Assembly (NCBI GenBank): GCA_026770705.1
Contig: JANJGN010000009.1
Location: forward strand, 164,362,001 to 164,426,000
Direction: 5' to 3'
Length of the DNA stretch: 64,000 bases
Origin: Isurus oxyrinchus
Taxonomy: Eukaryota
In this document: positions 38,269 to 50,715 of the stretch, one piece after another
Layout: each line of letters starts with the position of its first letter
How positions within the stretch are numbered: the first letter of the stretch is position 1
Position numbers and translations under genes: made by a program
Notes under the pieces: model-generated
What the model saw: only the letters and a program-made list of their open reading frames with translations
What the model was told of the DNA's origin: nothing
The model's database searches: none

Positions 38269-39048
38269 ATATTGGGGATTATTAGTGGTGCCACGTTCAA
38301 TAGACACTCGATGGCCTTGGAAAAGAGTAACATGCTCTAGATGGATTAGTCCTTGTCTTACATCCTTGATGATGATCCTTAAAGCTCCTCCACTCCTTGT
38401 TCAAGTACAACACTGCAGTTACATAATGTTACATAATGCCACAGCTCCCACCAATCAAGACTGTATTAAGACGGTCATTAGTACCTGTCCTAAAGCAAGA
38501 ATCAAACTTTGAGGTTAGGAAAGGTGAGAAATTTTATTTCATAAATATGAGCAGGTTGAATTACAATTCACAGTCTGTGCTACCAGTTAAGGCCATCACT
38601 TTTTTGGAGAGGAAAATAACAGAAATAGGACAGGCTAATCTACAATGAATACAGTCATCACACCCACCATCAGTCTGCGCTCTATCTGAGTTATCTGTCT
38701 GAGGGTTCATTGGTTGCTGGAGTGAGTGTAAGAAACAATGAGTACAAAGTGCTTATTTCATTAATCGAACCCAGTCAAGTGTTATGCCTTAAGGATGTTT
38801 AGTCTACTCTAGTGCCTCCTGTTGATGATATAAGCCACTGCAAGTTAATGATGGAGCCTCAGCTGTGTTCACAGGGCCCCAGGACACAGTCCCAGTAGGT
38901 CTGGGGCTCTGCATAAGTGGTCATTCACTGGAACCCTTGACTGGCTTGAGAATTTGTGCAGTTGCCTGGGTTACGCAGCCTGTGTGCTACCCGCTTGTCA
39001 CTCTCGTATTATTTTCCTCCATGTCTAATTTTAGCATGATCACAGAAT

Positions 39049-39490
39049 CACAGAATCACAGAATCTCACAATGCAGAAGAGGCCCTTCGGCCCATCGAGT
39101 CTGCACCGACACATGAGAAACACCTGACTTACCTACATAGTCCCATTTACCAGCACTTGGCCCATAGCCTCAAATGTTATGACGTGCCAACTGCTCATCC
39201 AGGTACTTTCTAAAGGATGTGAGGCAACCCGCCTCCACCACTCTCCCAGGCAGCACATTCCAGACCCTCACCACCCTCTGGGTAAAAAAGTTTTTCCTCA
39301 CATACCCCCTAAACCTCCTGCCCCTCACCTTGAACTTGTGTCCCCTTGTGACTGACCCTTCAACTAAGAGGAACAGCTGCTCCCTATCCACCCTGTCCAT
39401 GCCCCTCATAATCTTGTACACCTCGATCAGGTCGCCCCTCAGTCTTCTCTGCTCCAACGAAAGCCACCCAAGTCCAACCTCTCTTTCTAA
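39049..39490 (-). mobile_element. Young CR1 LINE 3' end
   Basis: (CACAGAAT)n tail; LEQRRLRGDLIEVYKIM...FFTQRVVRVWNVLP. Confidence 0.9.
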
Positions 39491-40520
39491 CTTAAAGACA
39501 CTGCACAGGAGGCTGCCTTTTGGTCCAACATGCCTGTGCCAGTCTTTGAAAGAGCTGTCCAATGAGTTCACTCCCCTGCTGTTTTCCCGTGACCCTGCAA
39601 TATTTTTCTCCTTCAAGTGTTTATCCAATTCTCTTTTGAAAGTTACTATCGAGTTTGCATCCTTTCAAGCAGTGGACACCAGGGCCTAAATTTTCTGGTC
39701 CCACCCGCCACAGAAATCATCACCGGCGGAATGGATAATTAGACGGACCAGGAAAAGGTCTGTTGGCTTCGGGCAGGAATTTCCAGTCCCACCCGGAAAA
39801 TCCCCCCCAACCCCCAACCAAGATCATAACAAGTGGCTGCGCAATGAACTTTCTCCTTGTGACACCTCCTGGTCCTTTTGCCAATTACCATAATAGTGCT
39901 ACTCATTTATGACTTGGGTGCCAGATACATTTCAATGCCTCTTTCTGCGATTAAGCCAAATCACAAACTATTACGATTGCACAGTTTCCCCCCCTCTAAC
40001 TGTGGGTGAATCACGAGTATTTTAGTTCATTAACACTACTTAAAAGAAACTAGCTGATCTCCCTGGGATTGCTGAAGAGTCTGATAGGATCTGGAGCACA
40101 GTTGTGACGCTAATATGTTTCCATGTTTAACTTGGGCTTACCCTTAAGAGCCAATGTACTTTAGATGGAGGAATGGTCTAAATTCACGGAGGGTAGGATT
40201 TTCTCTCCTGATCATTATCCAGCAACCTGCTTGTGGATATTAAGCGAGGACGGGATTGGAGCTATCTGTGATTCTACTGCAGCCGAGTAGCTTGTTGATG
40301 GTCACTATCAAGGGTCATGTATGAATCTTGGCCAGTCGCCAGCTATATGGTCTCAGTAGGCCACCTGTTCCTGTGAGTTGCATCCTGCAAACCTCAGTGC
40401 TTTCAGCATTACAGAAGGGGTAAGGAGGTTGGGAAATTTGAAAAGGGAGCCTTTATGGCTCGGAGAATGAAACTGAGCTTCAGTTTGGAGAAATAAAGTA
40501 TCTTTTCTTCCTCTTCACAG

Positions 40521-40630
40521 CACCTCAAATTTTTCCATAGTACTAGTCGTACCGGTGCTCGGAGTTTTGATTGTACTGATCCTTGTTGCTACTATTTATG
40601 TCGCAAGATGCAGAAAGAAAACTGCAGCTG
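40521..40630 (+). CDS. Gene B exon 5, transmembrane TSNFSIVLVVPVLGVLIVLILVATIYVARCRKKTAA
   Basis: TTTTCTTCCTCTTCACAG acceptor and G|GTGAGT donor, phase 2 to 1; uncharged TM plus basic residues. Confidence 0.92.
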
Positions 40631-40711
40631 GTGAGTTACAGAATTTAGAAGATTCCAATTCCAAATGAAAAGGAAAACCTCTCTCTCTTCAATTGGTCAA
40701 AGCGAAGAGTG

Positions 40712-40850
40712 GGGCAGGAAATTTCCTCAGAGCTACTCCGGCTAAATCGGCCGGAACGACATCCAGAGAGGGGAGGAATCTGAGGTAATGGAGGTACTGC
40801 AGGTTATGATGATAAAGTGTGAGAGAGCAGCTCCGAGGAACTTCCCAGCC
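40712..40850. mobile_element. Small MITE (about 140 bp)
   Basis: Imperfect TIRs GGGCAGGAAATTTCCTCAGAGCTACTC / GAGCAGCTCCGAGGAACTTCCCAGCC. Confidence 0.55.
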
Positions 40851-41059
40851 TAATTTAGAGGTACAAATTTGATCGAGATGAAGTAGGATCTTGCAGGTCA
40901 GAGTACAAGTGCTACCTGTTTCTCCTTCCGCTATAGAAGAGTATAAAATAAACTCTGAGTGGCCACTGGCTAGTCACAGGCTCCTGAGAAGCCTAACTAA
41001 CCTGGGTCAACTGCCACATAGGGCAGAGTCTAGTACCAATGCTTGATGCAAAGAAAAAT

Positions 41060-41468
41060 AACATACTTGTACTGATATAGCACCATTCACCTTAGAACAT
41101 TCCAAAGTGCTTTGAAGCCAATGAAGTACTTTTCTAATGTTGTAAACGTAGGAAATGTGACAAGCTCCACAAACCAGCTTATCAGTCTTTCAGTGAAGTT
41201 GGTTGGGGATGGATGTTAATCAGGACACTGGGTCAAATTTCCCGGCTGACCCGCAACATGGTACTGCAGAGCCTTTTACGTTTGCCTAAGGGGCAGATGC
41301 TTCAGTTTAGCATCTCAACCAGAATACAGAATCTCGAATGGTGCATCTCACTGCCTCAGTAACTCACTGGAGTGTCAGGCTAGATCTTTGTATTCGAGAC
41401 CATGGAGTGGGACTTGAACCCACAACCTACTGACGCAGAGTGTCACCGACTGAGGCACAGCTGACACC
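41060..41468 (-). mobile_element. Deu-domain SINE (SacSINE1/AmnSINE-like), diverged
   Basis: Minus strand has a tRNA-like head (GGGTTCAAGTCCCACTCC), a CTGACACTCCAGTG..TACTGAGG core and an L2-type tail. Confidence 0.6.
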
Positions 41469-42215
41469 TACAGGAATCTTTAGTGCAGCAGGAGTCAAGC
41501 TGAACAATGAATAAGAATATGCCTTGACCCTACATAGTTAAATGAAGCCATAGAAAGGGAACAATATACAATGCAGCACATACAAGTAGTAAATGGGCAA
41601 AGAGCTGATCGAAATATGATGTTCCAAACAGGCGAGAGGAGAAAATTAAGTTTGATTATATTTGAATTTCATTAAAATCAGTGTTTTAAACATCATAGAC
41701 TACATTTCACTTTTTTATTAAGTAAATCATCGGTTTCAAATGCAATTGCAGTCAGCAGTTGAACAGATATGGGACTAAAAATGAAGTCGTTTCAGGTAAT
41801 TGCCAGCCAGTTATACAATATCTTCATTTGGTTTCACTGGGATGAACAATAGGTCTGACTCTTTAAAAGACAGGAGGCACCCTGCAACAGGTTACCACAA
41901 CGATGGAAATATACCAGGTTAAAAATAAATAGGTTAATGTGACAATTAAAATAACACACAGGAGCATGTCATACACTGTTCAAATCCTTGTATGCTAAGA
42001 TTAAATATTGCAAAGAATAATTTACGGACTTGTATATCCGATTCTGCTTGTTCAACTTGACCTCTGATATAAGGATGCTACTTTTTAGTAAACATGCCTG
42101 TTGCAACCATGAGAGGACAGTGTAGATCATTAAAATATATATTAAAATAATATTCACAATGTTATTTTTCAACTTTACATCATAACTCTGTAATCAATAT
42201 CTGCATCATTTTTAG

Positions 42216-42271
42216 GTGAGAAAGGATCAACACAAACAAAGCAAGAACCTAACCCAGTCTATAATGATCTG
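42216..42271 (+). CDS. Gene B exon 6, cytoplasmic (G)EKGSTQTKQEPNPVYNDL
   Basis: TTTTTAG acceptor and CTG|GTAAGA donor; 56 nt, phase 1 to 0; contains YxxL. Confidence 0.88.
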
Positions 42272-43052
42272 GTAAGAATTTCATAAAGCAAATTATCTTA
42301 CATCCAACATCTACCTATCCTCATTTCAAATGCCAGTTTATTTATGGTCAGAAAACTAAATAAGCCAGTTATCTGTGTACAAAAGCAAAATATTGCAGGT
42401 GCTGGACATTTTAAATAGAGAGACGAAGTCCAGGAAATGTTCAACAGGTCTGGCAGCATCTGTAATGAGAGAATCATAGTTGATATTTCACATCCATGAC
42501 TTTTCATCAAAACTGGAAAAAGTTAGAGATGTAACAGGTATTAAGTAGGTGCAAAGTGGGAGGTGAAAAGAGCAAAAGAGAAGGCCTGTGACAGGGTGCA
42601 AGGCAGGAGAGATTAAATGACAAAATAGGTGATGGTGCAAGGTGAAAAGAAATGATGTGGGATGAGTGAAGGAACTCAAGATGGATCTAGAGGAGGTGTA
42701 AATGCAAAAAGCAGAATGATAACCAACAGTTGCCTTCCAAAAAAATGGGGTCAGAGGTTCTGGTCTGAAATTGTTGAACTCAGTGTTGAGTCCAGAAAAC
42801 TGTAAAGTGCCTATTTGGAAGATAAGGTGCATGTTCTTTGAACTTCATTGAGTTTAGGAGGCAGAGTACAGAGAGATAAGAGTGGGAGCAGTAAAATGGA
42901 AGGCATCCAGAAGCTTAGGGTCACACCTACAGACCGAACAGAAGTGATTCCAAAGCAAAAACAGAAAATGCTGGAAAAACTCAGCAGGCCTAGCAGCATA
43001 TGTGGAAAGAGAAACAGAATTAAGGTTTCGAGTCCATATGACACTTCTTCAG

Positions 43053-45512
43053 AGGGATGGCTCTTCGGGGAGAAGGGTTACCTGTCGAGGACATGGCTGA
43101 TGACACCTGTGCAGCGGCCTCAGGCTGCAGCAGTGCAACAATATAATAAGACTCATGCTGCAGCTCGCAACTTGGTGGAGCAGATTATCGGGATGCTGAC
43201 GATGAGGTTCCAGTGCCTGGACCGGTCCGGTGGAGCCCCTGCAATACAGTCCACAGAGGGTGTCACACATCGTCGTCGTCTGCTGTGCCCTTTACAACCT
43301 GGCCCTCCAACGGGGAGATGAGCCGACTGAGGAGAAGATGCAGGAGCTGCACGGGCACGAGGGTCAGGCAGTCCTCAGAGGCGACGATGACAGGGATGAG
43401 GCCCTGGCACTGGTTAGAGGCAGGTGTGCTCAGGAGGCCCTCATAGATGCTAGATTTGTGGACGATGATGACAACATGCAGTGAGTTGACCCCATAGATC
43501 CTCACATCGTACCTGTGAACATTTGACATCAGTCTGGCTTATGGCAACGTGAATACCCTCTGTGATAATACACCTGTCATGGAGATGCAGTGGAGGCCCT
43601 AATAGCTGTTCGATTGCAGGAGGATGATGATGACATGCAGTGAGGACACTCCATAAATCTTCACATAGTCTCTGCGAATGTCTGATTCCTGTGTGGACGA
43701 GGGCAGCTCTCTTGTGCTCTGTGATCAGTGTCATGTCATAGAGACACAGCCATGAACCTTTGTTAGCCTTCAGCACCTGACCCCCTTCAGGAGCTCAACG
43801 TCACTCGTCACAGATGCTGAAGAGATGGGGGGTCAGCCCCTCCTTAAAGGTGCTGAGAGCACACGGAGAGAATGAGGGAACTCTGTGCCACCTGCCCACT
43901 ACATTCTGGCAGCAATGACCAGCACCATCAAGGTGCAGGCATCAGTAATGTTTCCAGGGACTGTGAGGCTGGACCATCACTTTGGTCTGCAGGTTGCACG
44001 GACACAGGGAAAAGGCCCTGGACTGAGACACCTGCCTTTATATTGCACAGAAAGGCTTCACATCTGAGCAACATGAACAGTGCTCATCAGAACAAGGAGC
44101 CATTGGCAGGGAGACATTCTTAGAAGTTCATTGACAATAGTGAACAGTATGTACAAGTGACTAATACCTATGCCCAGGCTGTGCAACTAATTCTCCTTAA
44201 TTATCCTAACCCTGCCTTGATGATCCCCGGATATCCACAGCAGAGGTGGAGGCAGCCTGCAGACTGCGACACCCTGTCTGTGATGACCTTGGCGGGCGTC
44301 CTTGGGAGGGCTGAGACTTGGCGGACCCCGGCCCTGCTTTCGGCAGTGGCCCCCCCCCCTCCTCAGCCTGTGGAGCTGGAGCTGCTGAGGTCACAGGAAG
44401 ATCAGAGTTGGATGGGCCGGACACTCTCGGAGTCACCTGGGTGGATGGCCCCAGGTTGTGCACCTGCTGATCCTCCTCCCTATGGGTGCCCGGGGGCCCC
44501 AGGCTGACTCCTTGAGGAACGTGGGTAGTTGGAGTGAGATCGAGATGCCCCGCACCCCTCTCGCATTGACATTGTTGGAAGCCAACTATGGCATCAACGA
44601 TGGAGTTGAGCCTGCGCAGCAGTGCAGGAGAGAAGTCCTGGAAGGTCTCCATGGTGGCCACGATCCTACCAGCATTGACCTCGGTGTGTTGGCATGCCCA
44701 CGCTAACACCTCAGACTGAAGGCAGACAGACCCCTCCATCATGCCATGCAATCTGAGGAGTGTAGCGGACATCCCTTCCTGATGTTCCCCAGCTTGCCTT
44801 TGCAGTTCCAGCAACCGTGACATGACCGAGTCCAGAGGCTCATCATCTGACTCGGACTCAGCAACATTCTGGCCTCCAGCAGTCCTCTGAGTGCCAGACG
44901 TCTGGGAGGTCCCGGCCTCCACTTGCTGTGGATCAGACAGTGTGACGTGCTCACCAGATTGTGATCCCGGAGCTATTCTAAAGCTAGGTCCCACTGAGGT
45001 GTGTGTCTCTGCGCTGGCAGAGGCTGTGGGTGAGCTCTGTGATGGGACTTCAGGGAGAGTGTCTCAAGATTCCTCTTCAGAGGTTTTATCGGGGCTTGAT
45101 TGGAGGTCCTGAGTCGTGGACTCGGTCGGCTGTTTGGCAGATGTGCCTGTGGAAGCAAGGAGAGATGATTAGTGCCTGGCCATGTCTTCCGTGCAGCAGT
45201 GATGGTCTGGAAGCACTGGGATGTGTGCTTGCAGCTGGACTTTAACCATGGCGCCTGGTGTGATGCAGCGGCGAGGTGATGGTGGGTGGGTGAATGAGAG
45301 CCCGCCCGCATTGGAAACAGTGTGTTACCCGGGAGTGCACAAATAATGTGGCAGGTTTGGGCCGAGACTTGGCGGACCCCGGCCCTGCTTTCAGCAGCGG
45401 CCCCCTCCTCAGCCTGTGGAGCCGGAGCTGCTGAGGTCAGAGGAAGATGGGAGCTGGATGGGCCGGACACTCTCGGAGTCACCTGGATGGTCACCATCGC
45501 GGCCGGCGGGTA
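43053..45512. mobile_element. PIF/Harbinger transposon fragment: HARBI1-like DDE transposase C-terminus (+, about 43053-43484) and convergent second-gene remnant (-)
   Basis: WLFGEKGY..RTWLMTPV..P......YNKTHAAARNLVEQIIGML..RFQCL, frameshifting to LQYSPQRVSHIVVVCCALYNL; internal direct repeat at about 44310-44445 / 45360-45490. Confidence 0.85.
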
Positions 45513-45527
45513 GAACGTCATTTGCAG

Positions 45528-45581
45528 AAGCGAAACATGGCATTGGCTTCAACAGCTGATAATTTCTCTAATTCTGATAAG
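45528..45581 (+). CDS. Gene B exon 7 (possibly a cassette exon) KRNMALASTADNFSNSDK
   Basis: TTTGCAG acceptor and strong donor AAG|GTGAGT; 54 nt, phase 0/0, open reading frame. Confidence 0.65.
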
Positions 45582-46091
45582 GTGAGTTCAAGGCTCATGA
45601 GGGGCCCAGACCTTCACCAGGCTCAAGTTTTCACCTTACTTAAGCATTCAGTTTTTGGTGTAGAGGTGAAAGAGGCTGCGTTCTGAGTTTGTTGTGTAAA
45701 GTGGCTCTTGGCTGGAGCTGATCCTACTACTCATGTGACTGACAGCACAGAGCAGTTAGCACAGAGCAATTAGAGAGCAGGCCAGAATGGTACCTTCATG
45801 TATTTACACAGAAATAAAAATGGGTATTAAAGAATCCTGAACTAGAAACAGAAAACGTTGGAAATGCTCAACCAACCTGCCACCATCTTGTGGAGAGAGG
45901 AATGGAGTGAATGTTTCAGATCAATGAAAAGTTATAATTCCTTCATGCCAGCATCTCAATTAAATTATGGAAGAAAGTAAAACAAAACAAAACATACATA
46001 ATATTTCTCTATCAGTCACAAGTTTCCAATTTTCTTCAATCTGAAATCAGCTGACACGTATGACAATGATAACTTATTCACTTTTTAAAAG

Positions 46092-46217
46092 CCTTTCAGA
46101 GATGAAGACCAAGATATCCGATATGACATGGAAACAAGCAAATGCAGCTTCCACTCAGCAGACTTTCCTGCTTGTATTTATGGCAAACAGCAGTATGAAC
46201 CAAAGGAGCCTGTCTAA
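46092..46217 (+). CDS. Gene B terminal exon PFRDEDQDIRYDMETSKCSFHSADFPACIYGKQQYEPKEPV*
   Basis: CTTTTTAAAAG acceptor, phase 0, open to TAA 46215-46217; AATAAA at about 46491 and 46779; a nearby alternative AG would give an immediate stop. Confidence 0.65.
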   Translation, partial: PFRDEDQDIRYDMETSKCSFHSADFPACIYGKQQYEPKEPV

Positions 46218-48324
46218 TTAGGGAGCACGCCTGTCGTTTCAGAACGTGTTCGATGCTCGACACTTGGATTTCAATGATGCTTCTGTTGCTGATACTTTAA
46301 ACTTACATGCTAACTGTGGACAGTCTGAAGGCTCCATTTTAATCAATGTCTTCATCTCTGCTGACAGCTTCAATTCTATAGTGTGGCTGCTGTTTGAAGA
46401 AATTTAGAGATTATTGATGGCGCTATTAACAGACAACTGCACAACGCCTTTGCTCTTTGCAACCTATTATTCATTATTGGTAACTCTTCAAATAAATGGG
46501 TTAATATCAATACTAAAGTTTCAGACAGGGAAATGTCACACAGACAAATTGTATGGTCATCCACTGATATCGCCAACAATAATTTCCATGTAAATTGTCT
46601 CTGACTGCTTTTGTAAACTCTTTTTTGTAAAGCTATTGTATTACAGCATGTTTTTGGTCAGACTTATCAGGTTTTGATTCTGTCCATTGATCAGACATCA
46701 AATTCATTTCACATCCCTGTAAACGATGGCAACAGTGAGACCAACGTTCAATTTGTCGACAAATTAAGTATTTTTGCTAATAAACTGTCACCTTAACATT
46801 GAAAGTTCTGATATTTGGTAACAATCTTCAAGTGAATATGTGAATATTCAGAGGTGATTTGGTAGTCAGGATGACATTTGCAGCTAATGAATGTTATATA
46901 GTCAACTACAATGGAATGTTCCTGGGCTTAAAGTAGGCCCAATACCTCTTTTAAGGTGTCACCTTTTATTTTCCATGTTCATTTACATTTGTATGTGAGG
47001 GTAATTGTTTCCTTGCCCTTGGAGTGTGTAAGTCTATTTTGAATAACCCAGCAGCAAGCCTTTTGTATTTAAAAAGAAAAAAGATTAGTTTATTTTATTT
47101 ACCTCCTTGTCCTGGAGGTTACTAATGAAAACTACATCTCACTCACTCTCTCACTTGCCGTCTCTCACACACACACACACACGCCAAAACTAGGTAGAGA
47201 GGAAGATAAAAACAATGTTTATAAATGTGGAATGGATCTCCACCTCCGTTTTGATGCAGGCCTGTTATTTCGTAGTCATGTTGTAACGTTTCTGAAGTGA
47301 AGGCTTTGAAATTGCAGAGAAGTCTCGGCAGTTGCGATGGCTCCCGTAGTCAATCTCCAGGAAGTTGGCTTTCTCAGGTAAGCTGGAGAGTGGAACGAGA
47401 TAGAGAGGAGAGAGGAATTTCTTTGTCTCATTTTCAAGGAACTGTGGCATGGACCATTTTATAGTCTGGTTGATTACAGCAGATTGGTGGCTGTTCTTGT
47501 TTGTCCCTCTCTCCCTGTGTGATTAAATTCTGATATGGAGTTTCGTGTGCTTGTGGAAATTTGCTATAGTTTGAACAGAAAGTAAAAATGGCCGCTGTAT
47601 CATGTGACCCTGTAACAAGTGTCAAGTCTTCTTCCAAATAAGATTAATCACAGTCTGAATCATCCTCCCACCTACTGTGGTAGCTTTTCACACCTTAAAG
47701 TTTCTTATCAGTGTTATGAGGCCGCATGCCCCTTTATTTTAGAAAATGTGCTTTTCAACTTTCAACTGACTGGGAATTTTTGCAGTTTGAACTGAGCCAG
47801 AGCAAGCTGTTTAAAAATGCAAGGCGACATTCCAAAGTGAAAGTAAGAAACCAACTCGGGAGTGTGAAGAGTCAGATATTTCCAGACACCCACTGAAACT
47901 CATAACCGTCCAAGGAAGAGTCATAAAAAAATGCACAGTACTGGGTATTGAAACATGGCTGCAACAGACAGACATCCCAAAACCTCTTGGAAGTACACAA
48001 TGGGCAAAATATTTCAAAGTAAGGCTGCCAGCCACTACAAAGAGGTTGCAAGTGACACCGACATTGTTAAGAAAGAGGAACAAGCTGAGGGCTCTCTCTG
48101 TCCTTTGGATTAAGCATGTCGCCCGGTTCGAGAAGCCAACTCTACCAGAAAACTACCAGCGAACCAAGATCCCATAATAATTGCAATATCTTCTACACCC
48201 GACCACATCCAGCTAACCTAAATCAGCAGCAATTTTTAAAATCTATGCCTCAAAGACAATCAAAGGACACTTAACCATATATTCTTTTACATTTTTTATT
48301 GTACTCTAACCTTATTCCTGATAC

Positions 48325-49071
48325 CTGTGTGTGTGTGTCACGGTGTTTGTGTGGAAATGTGCGTATGTGTGTGTGTGCAAGTGTGTGCATGTGTGTGCGT
48401 GTGCATGTGCGTGTGTATATGTGTGTGCGCGTGTGTGCGTGTTTGTGTGTGCACGTGTGTGTGTGTGAGCATATGTGCACGCGTGTGTATGTGTGTGCGC
48501 GTGAGCGTGGGCATCTCTGTGTGTGTGTATGTGTGTGTACACGAGCGCGGGGGTGTGTGTATTTGTGTGTATGTATGTGAGTGTGTGTCTGTGTGTGCAT
48601 GGGGATGTCTGTGTGTAGTGTGTGCACAGGAGTGCGTGTATGTNNNNNNNNNNNNNNNNNNNNNNNNNNNNNNNNNNNNNNNNNNNNNNNNNNNNNNNNN
48701 NNNNNNNNNNNNNNNNNNNNNNNNNNNNNNNNNNNNNNNNNNNNNNNNNNNNNNNNNNNNNNNNNNNNNNNNNNNNNNNNNNNNNNNNNNNNNNNNNNNN
48801 NNNNNNNNNNNNNNNNNNNNNNNNNNNNNGTGTATGTGTGCGGGCATGTGTGTGTATATGCGTNNNNNNNNNNNNNNNNNNNNNNNNNNNNNNNNNNNNN
48901 NNNNNNNNNNNNNNNNNNNNNNNNNNNNNNNNNNNNNNNNNNNNNNNNNNNNNNNNNNNNNNNNNNNNNNNNNNNNNNNNNNNNNNNNNNNNNNNNNNNN
49001 NNNNNNNNNNNNNNNNNNNNNNNNNNNNNNNNNNNNNNNNNNNNNNNNNNNNNNNNNNNNNNNNNNNNNNN
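48325..49071. repeat. Imperfect (TG)n microsatellite with assembly gaps (N)
   Basis: Directly visible. Confidence 0.95.
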
Positions 49072-49799
49072 GAGGGCTGGATGCTTGACATTGTGTCTTT
49101 ATTATTTTTAGTGGTTAATAAATTTGCTCTTTCTTTGGCTCAAGAGAAACTTGTTTGATTGGTTCCTTATTGCTCACAGCTTCAATAGTTAAATACATTT
49201 TGATTTGGGAAAAGGCATATCCTTATTAAAAAGAAACTTAAACATTTTGTTGTGACTAACCGAGGAAGTTGTATAGACGGGAGCCAGATCAGCCCTTCTC
49301 ACCTGGTTATACCAAAGCTGGGGACTATTCTGAGAGGAATTGTTCCCACAAACTGACAAAAGAATTGGAGTGGGGAAAGTAAGTGTCCCTTCAAAAGCAA
49401 TTTAGAAACTGGGAAAGGTTTTCTCGAGTCTGTAATACTAAAAGTGCCAAAATGTCCACATTTAATGATAATGCTTCCACAGAACAGATTGAGATAACTG
49501 GAGAAAAGTTAAGGACACTATCCTTGGAAGAATTAAAAGGTGTAGCTAGGCACTTAGAGCTAGAAAAACAGAAATTTTGAACAGGTGGTGAAACATTTCG
49601 AGGTGGAAATTGAGGACACGGAAACAGATAAATTAGCGGCAGAGAAATTAAGATTGGGGCAGTGGAAGTTAGATTTGGAATTTGAGGAAAGAAAGAGAGG
49701 TAGAAATGGAAGGTGGAGAGAGAATTCCAGGAAAGGGAAAGAGTAAAGGATAGGGAATTTAAATTGAAACAGCTCAAGCTGGGAAGGGAGGATCCCTTT

Positions 49800-50715
49800 C
49801 AAAGTCTGCAGATGATGCAAAACTTAGGAGAATTGTAAACTGTGAGAAAGACAGTGTAGAACTTCAAAAGGAAATTGACACATTGGTGAAGTGGGCAGAT
49901 GGGAGGCAGATGAAGTTCAATGTGGAAAAGTGTGAGGTGATACACTTTGGTACAAAGAACATGGAGAGACAGTATAAAATAAAGAATACTATTCCAAAGG
50001 GTGTGCAGGAGCAGAGAGACCTGGGTGGATATGTATATAAGTCATTAAAGGTGGCAGGACAGGTAGAGAGAGCTGTTTCTAAAGCATACAGTATTCTAGG
50101 CGTCATTAATAGGGACATAGTGTATAAAAGCAGGGAGGTTATGAGGAACTTATATAAGACACTGGTTAGAACTCAGCTGGAGCATTGTGTACAGTTCTGG
50201 GTGCCACACTATAGGAAGGATGTGAACGCATTGGAGAGAGTGTAAAAGAGGTTTGCAAGAATGGTTCCAAGGATGAGACACTTCAGTTATGAGGTAAGAT
50301 TGGAGAAGTTGGGACTGTTTTCCTTGGAGAGGAGAAGAATAAGAGGAGACTTGATAGAAGTTTTCAAAATCATGAGGGGTCTGGACAGATTAGATAGGGA
50401 GAAACTCTTCCCACTTGTAAATGGATCGAGAACCAGGGGACACAGTTTTAAAGTGATTTGCAAAAGAAGCAAATACAAGTTGAGAAAAAACGTTTTCACA
50501 CAGCGAGTAGTTAGGGTTTGGAATGCACGGCCTGGAAGTGGGGTGGAGGCAGGTTCAATTGAAGCATTCAAGATGGCATTGGATGATTAAGATTGAGCAA
50601 CGTGCAGGGTTACGGGGAAAAGGCAGGAGATTGGCACTAAGTTAAAATGCTCAGAGAGCCAGTGCAGACATGATGGGCCGAATGGCCTCCTTCTACACCG
50701 TAACAATTCTGCGAT
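49800..50715 (+). mobile_element. CR1 LINE 3' fragment inserted in the LTR element gag
   Basis: ADD.KL, WQM.FNVEKC-like, LYKTLVR..LEHCVQFW, RRRIRGDLIEVFKIM; tail AACAATTCTGCGAT. Confidence 0.9.

Noticed and set aside
41723-41795. Candidate extra cytoplasmic exon of gene B (donor CAG|GTAAT)
   Set aside because: No acceptor gives an open phase 1-to-1 exon; the TM exon joins 42216 in frame without it.
42848-43484. Domesticated HARBI1 gene
   Set aside because: 5'-truncated, frameshifted and joined to an unrelated repeat; it is a transposon relic.
48271-49158. HT/CV-repeat ORFs
   Set aside because: Translations of a (TG)n microsatellite and N gaps.
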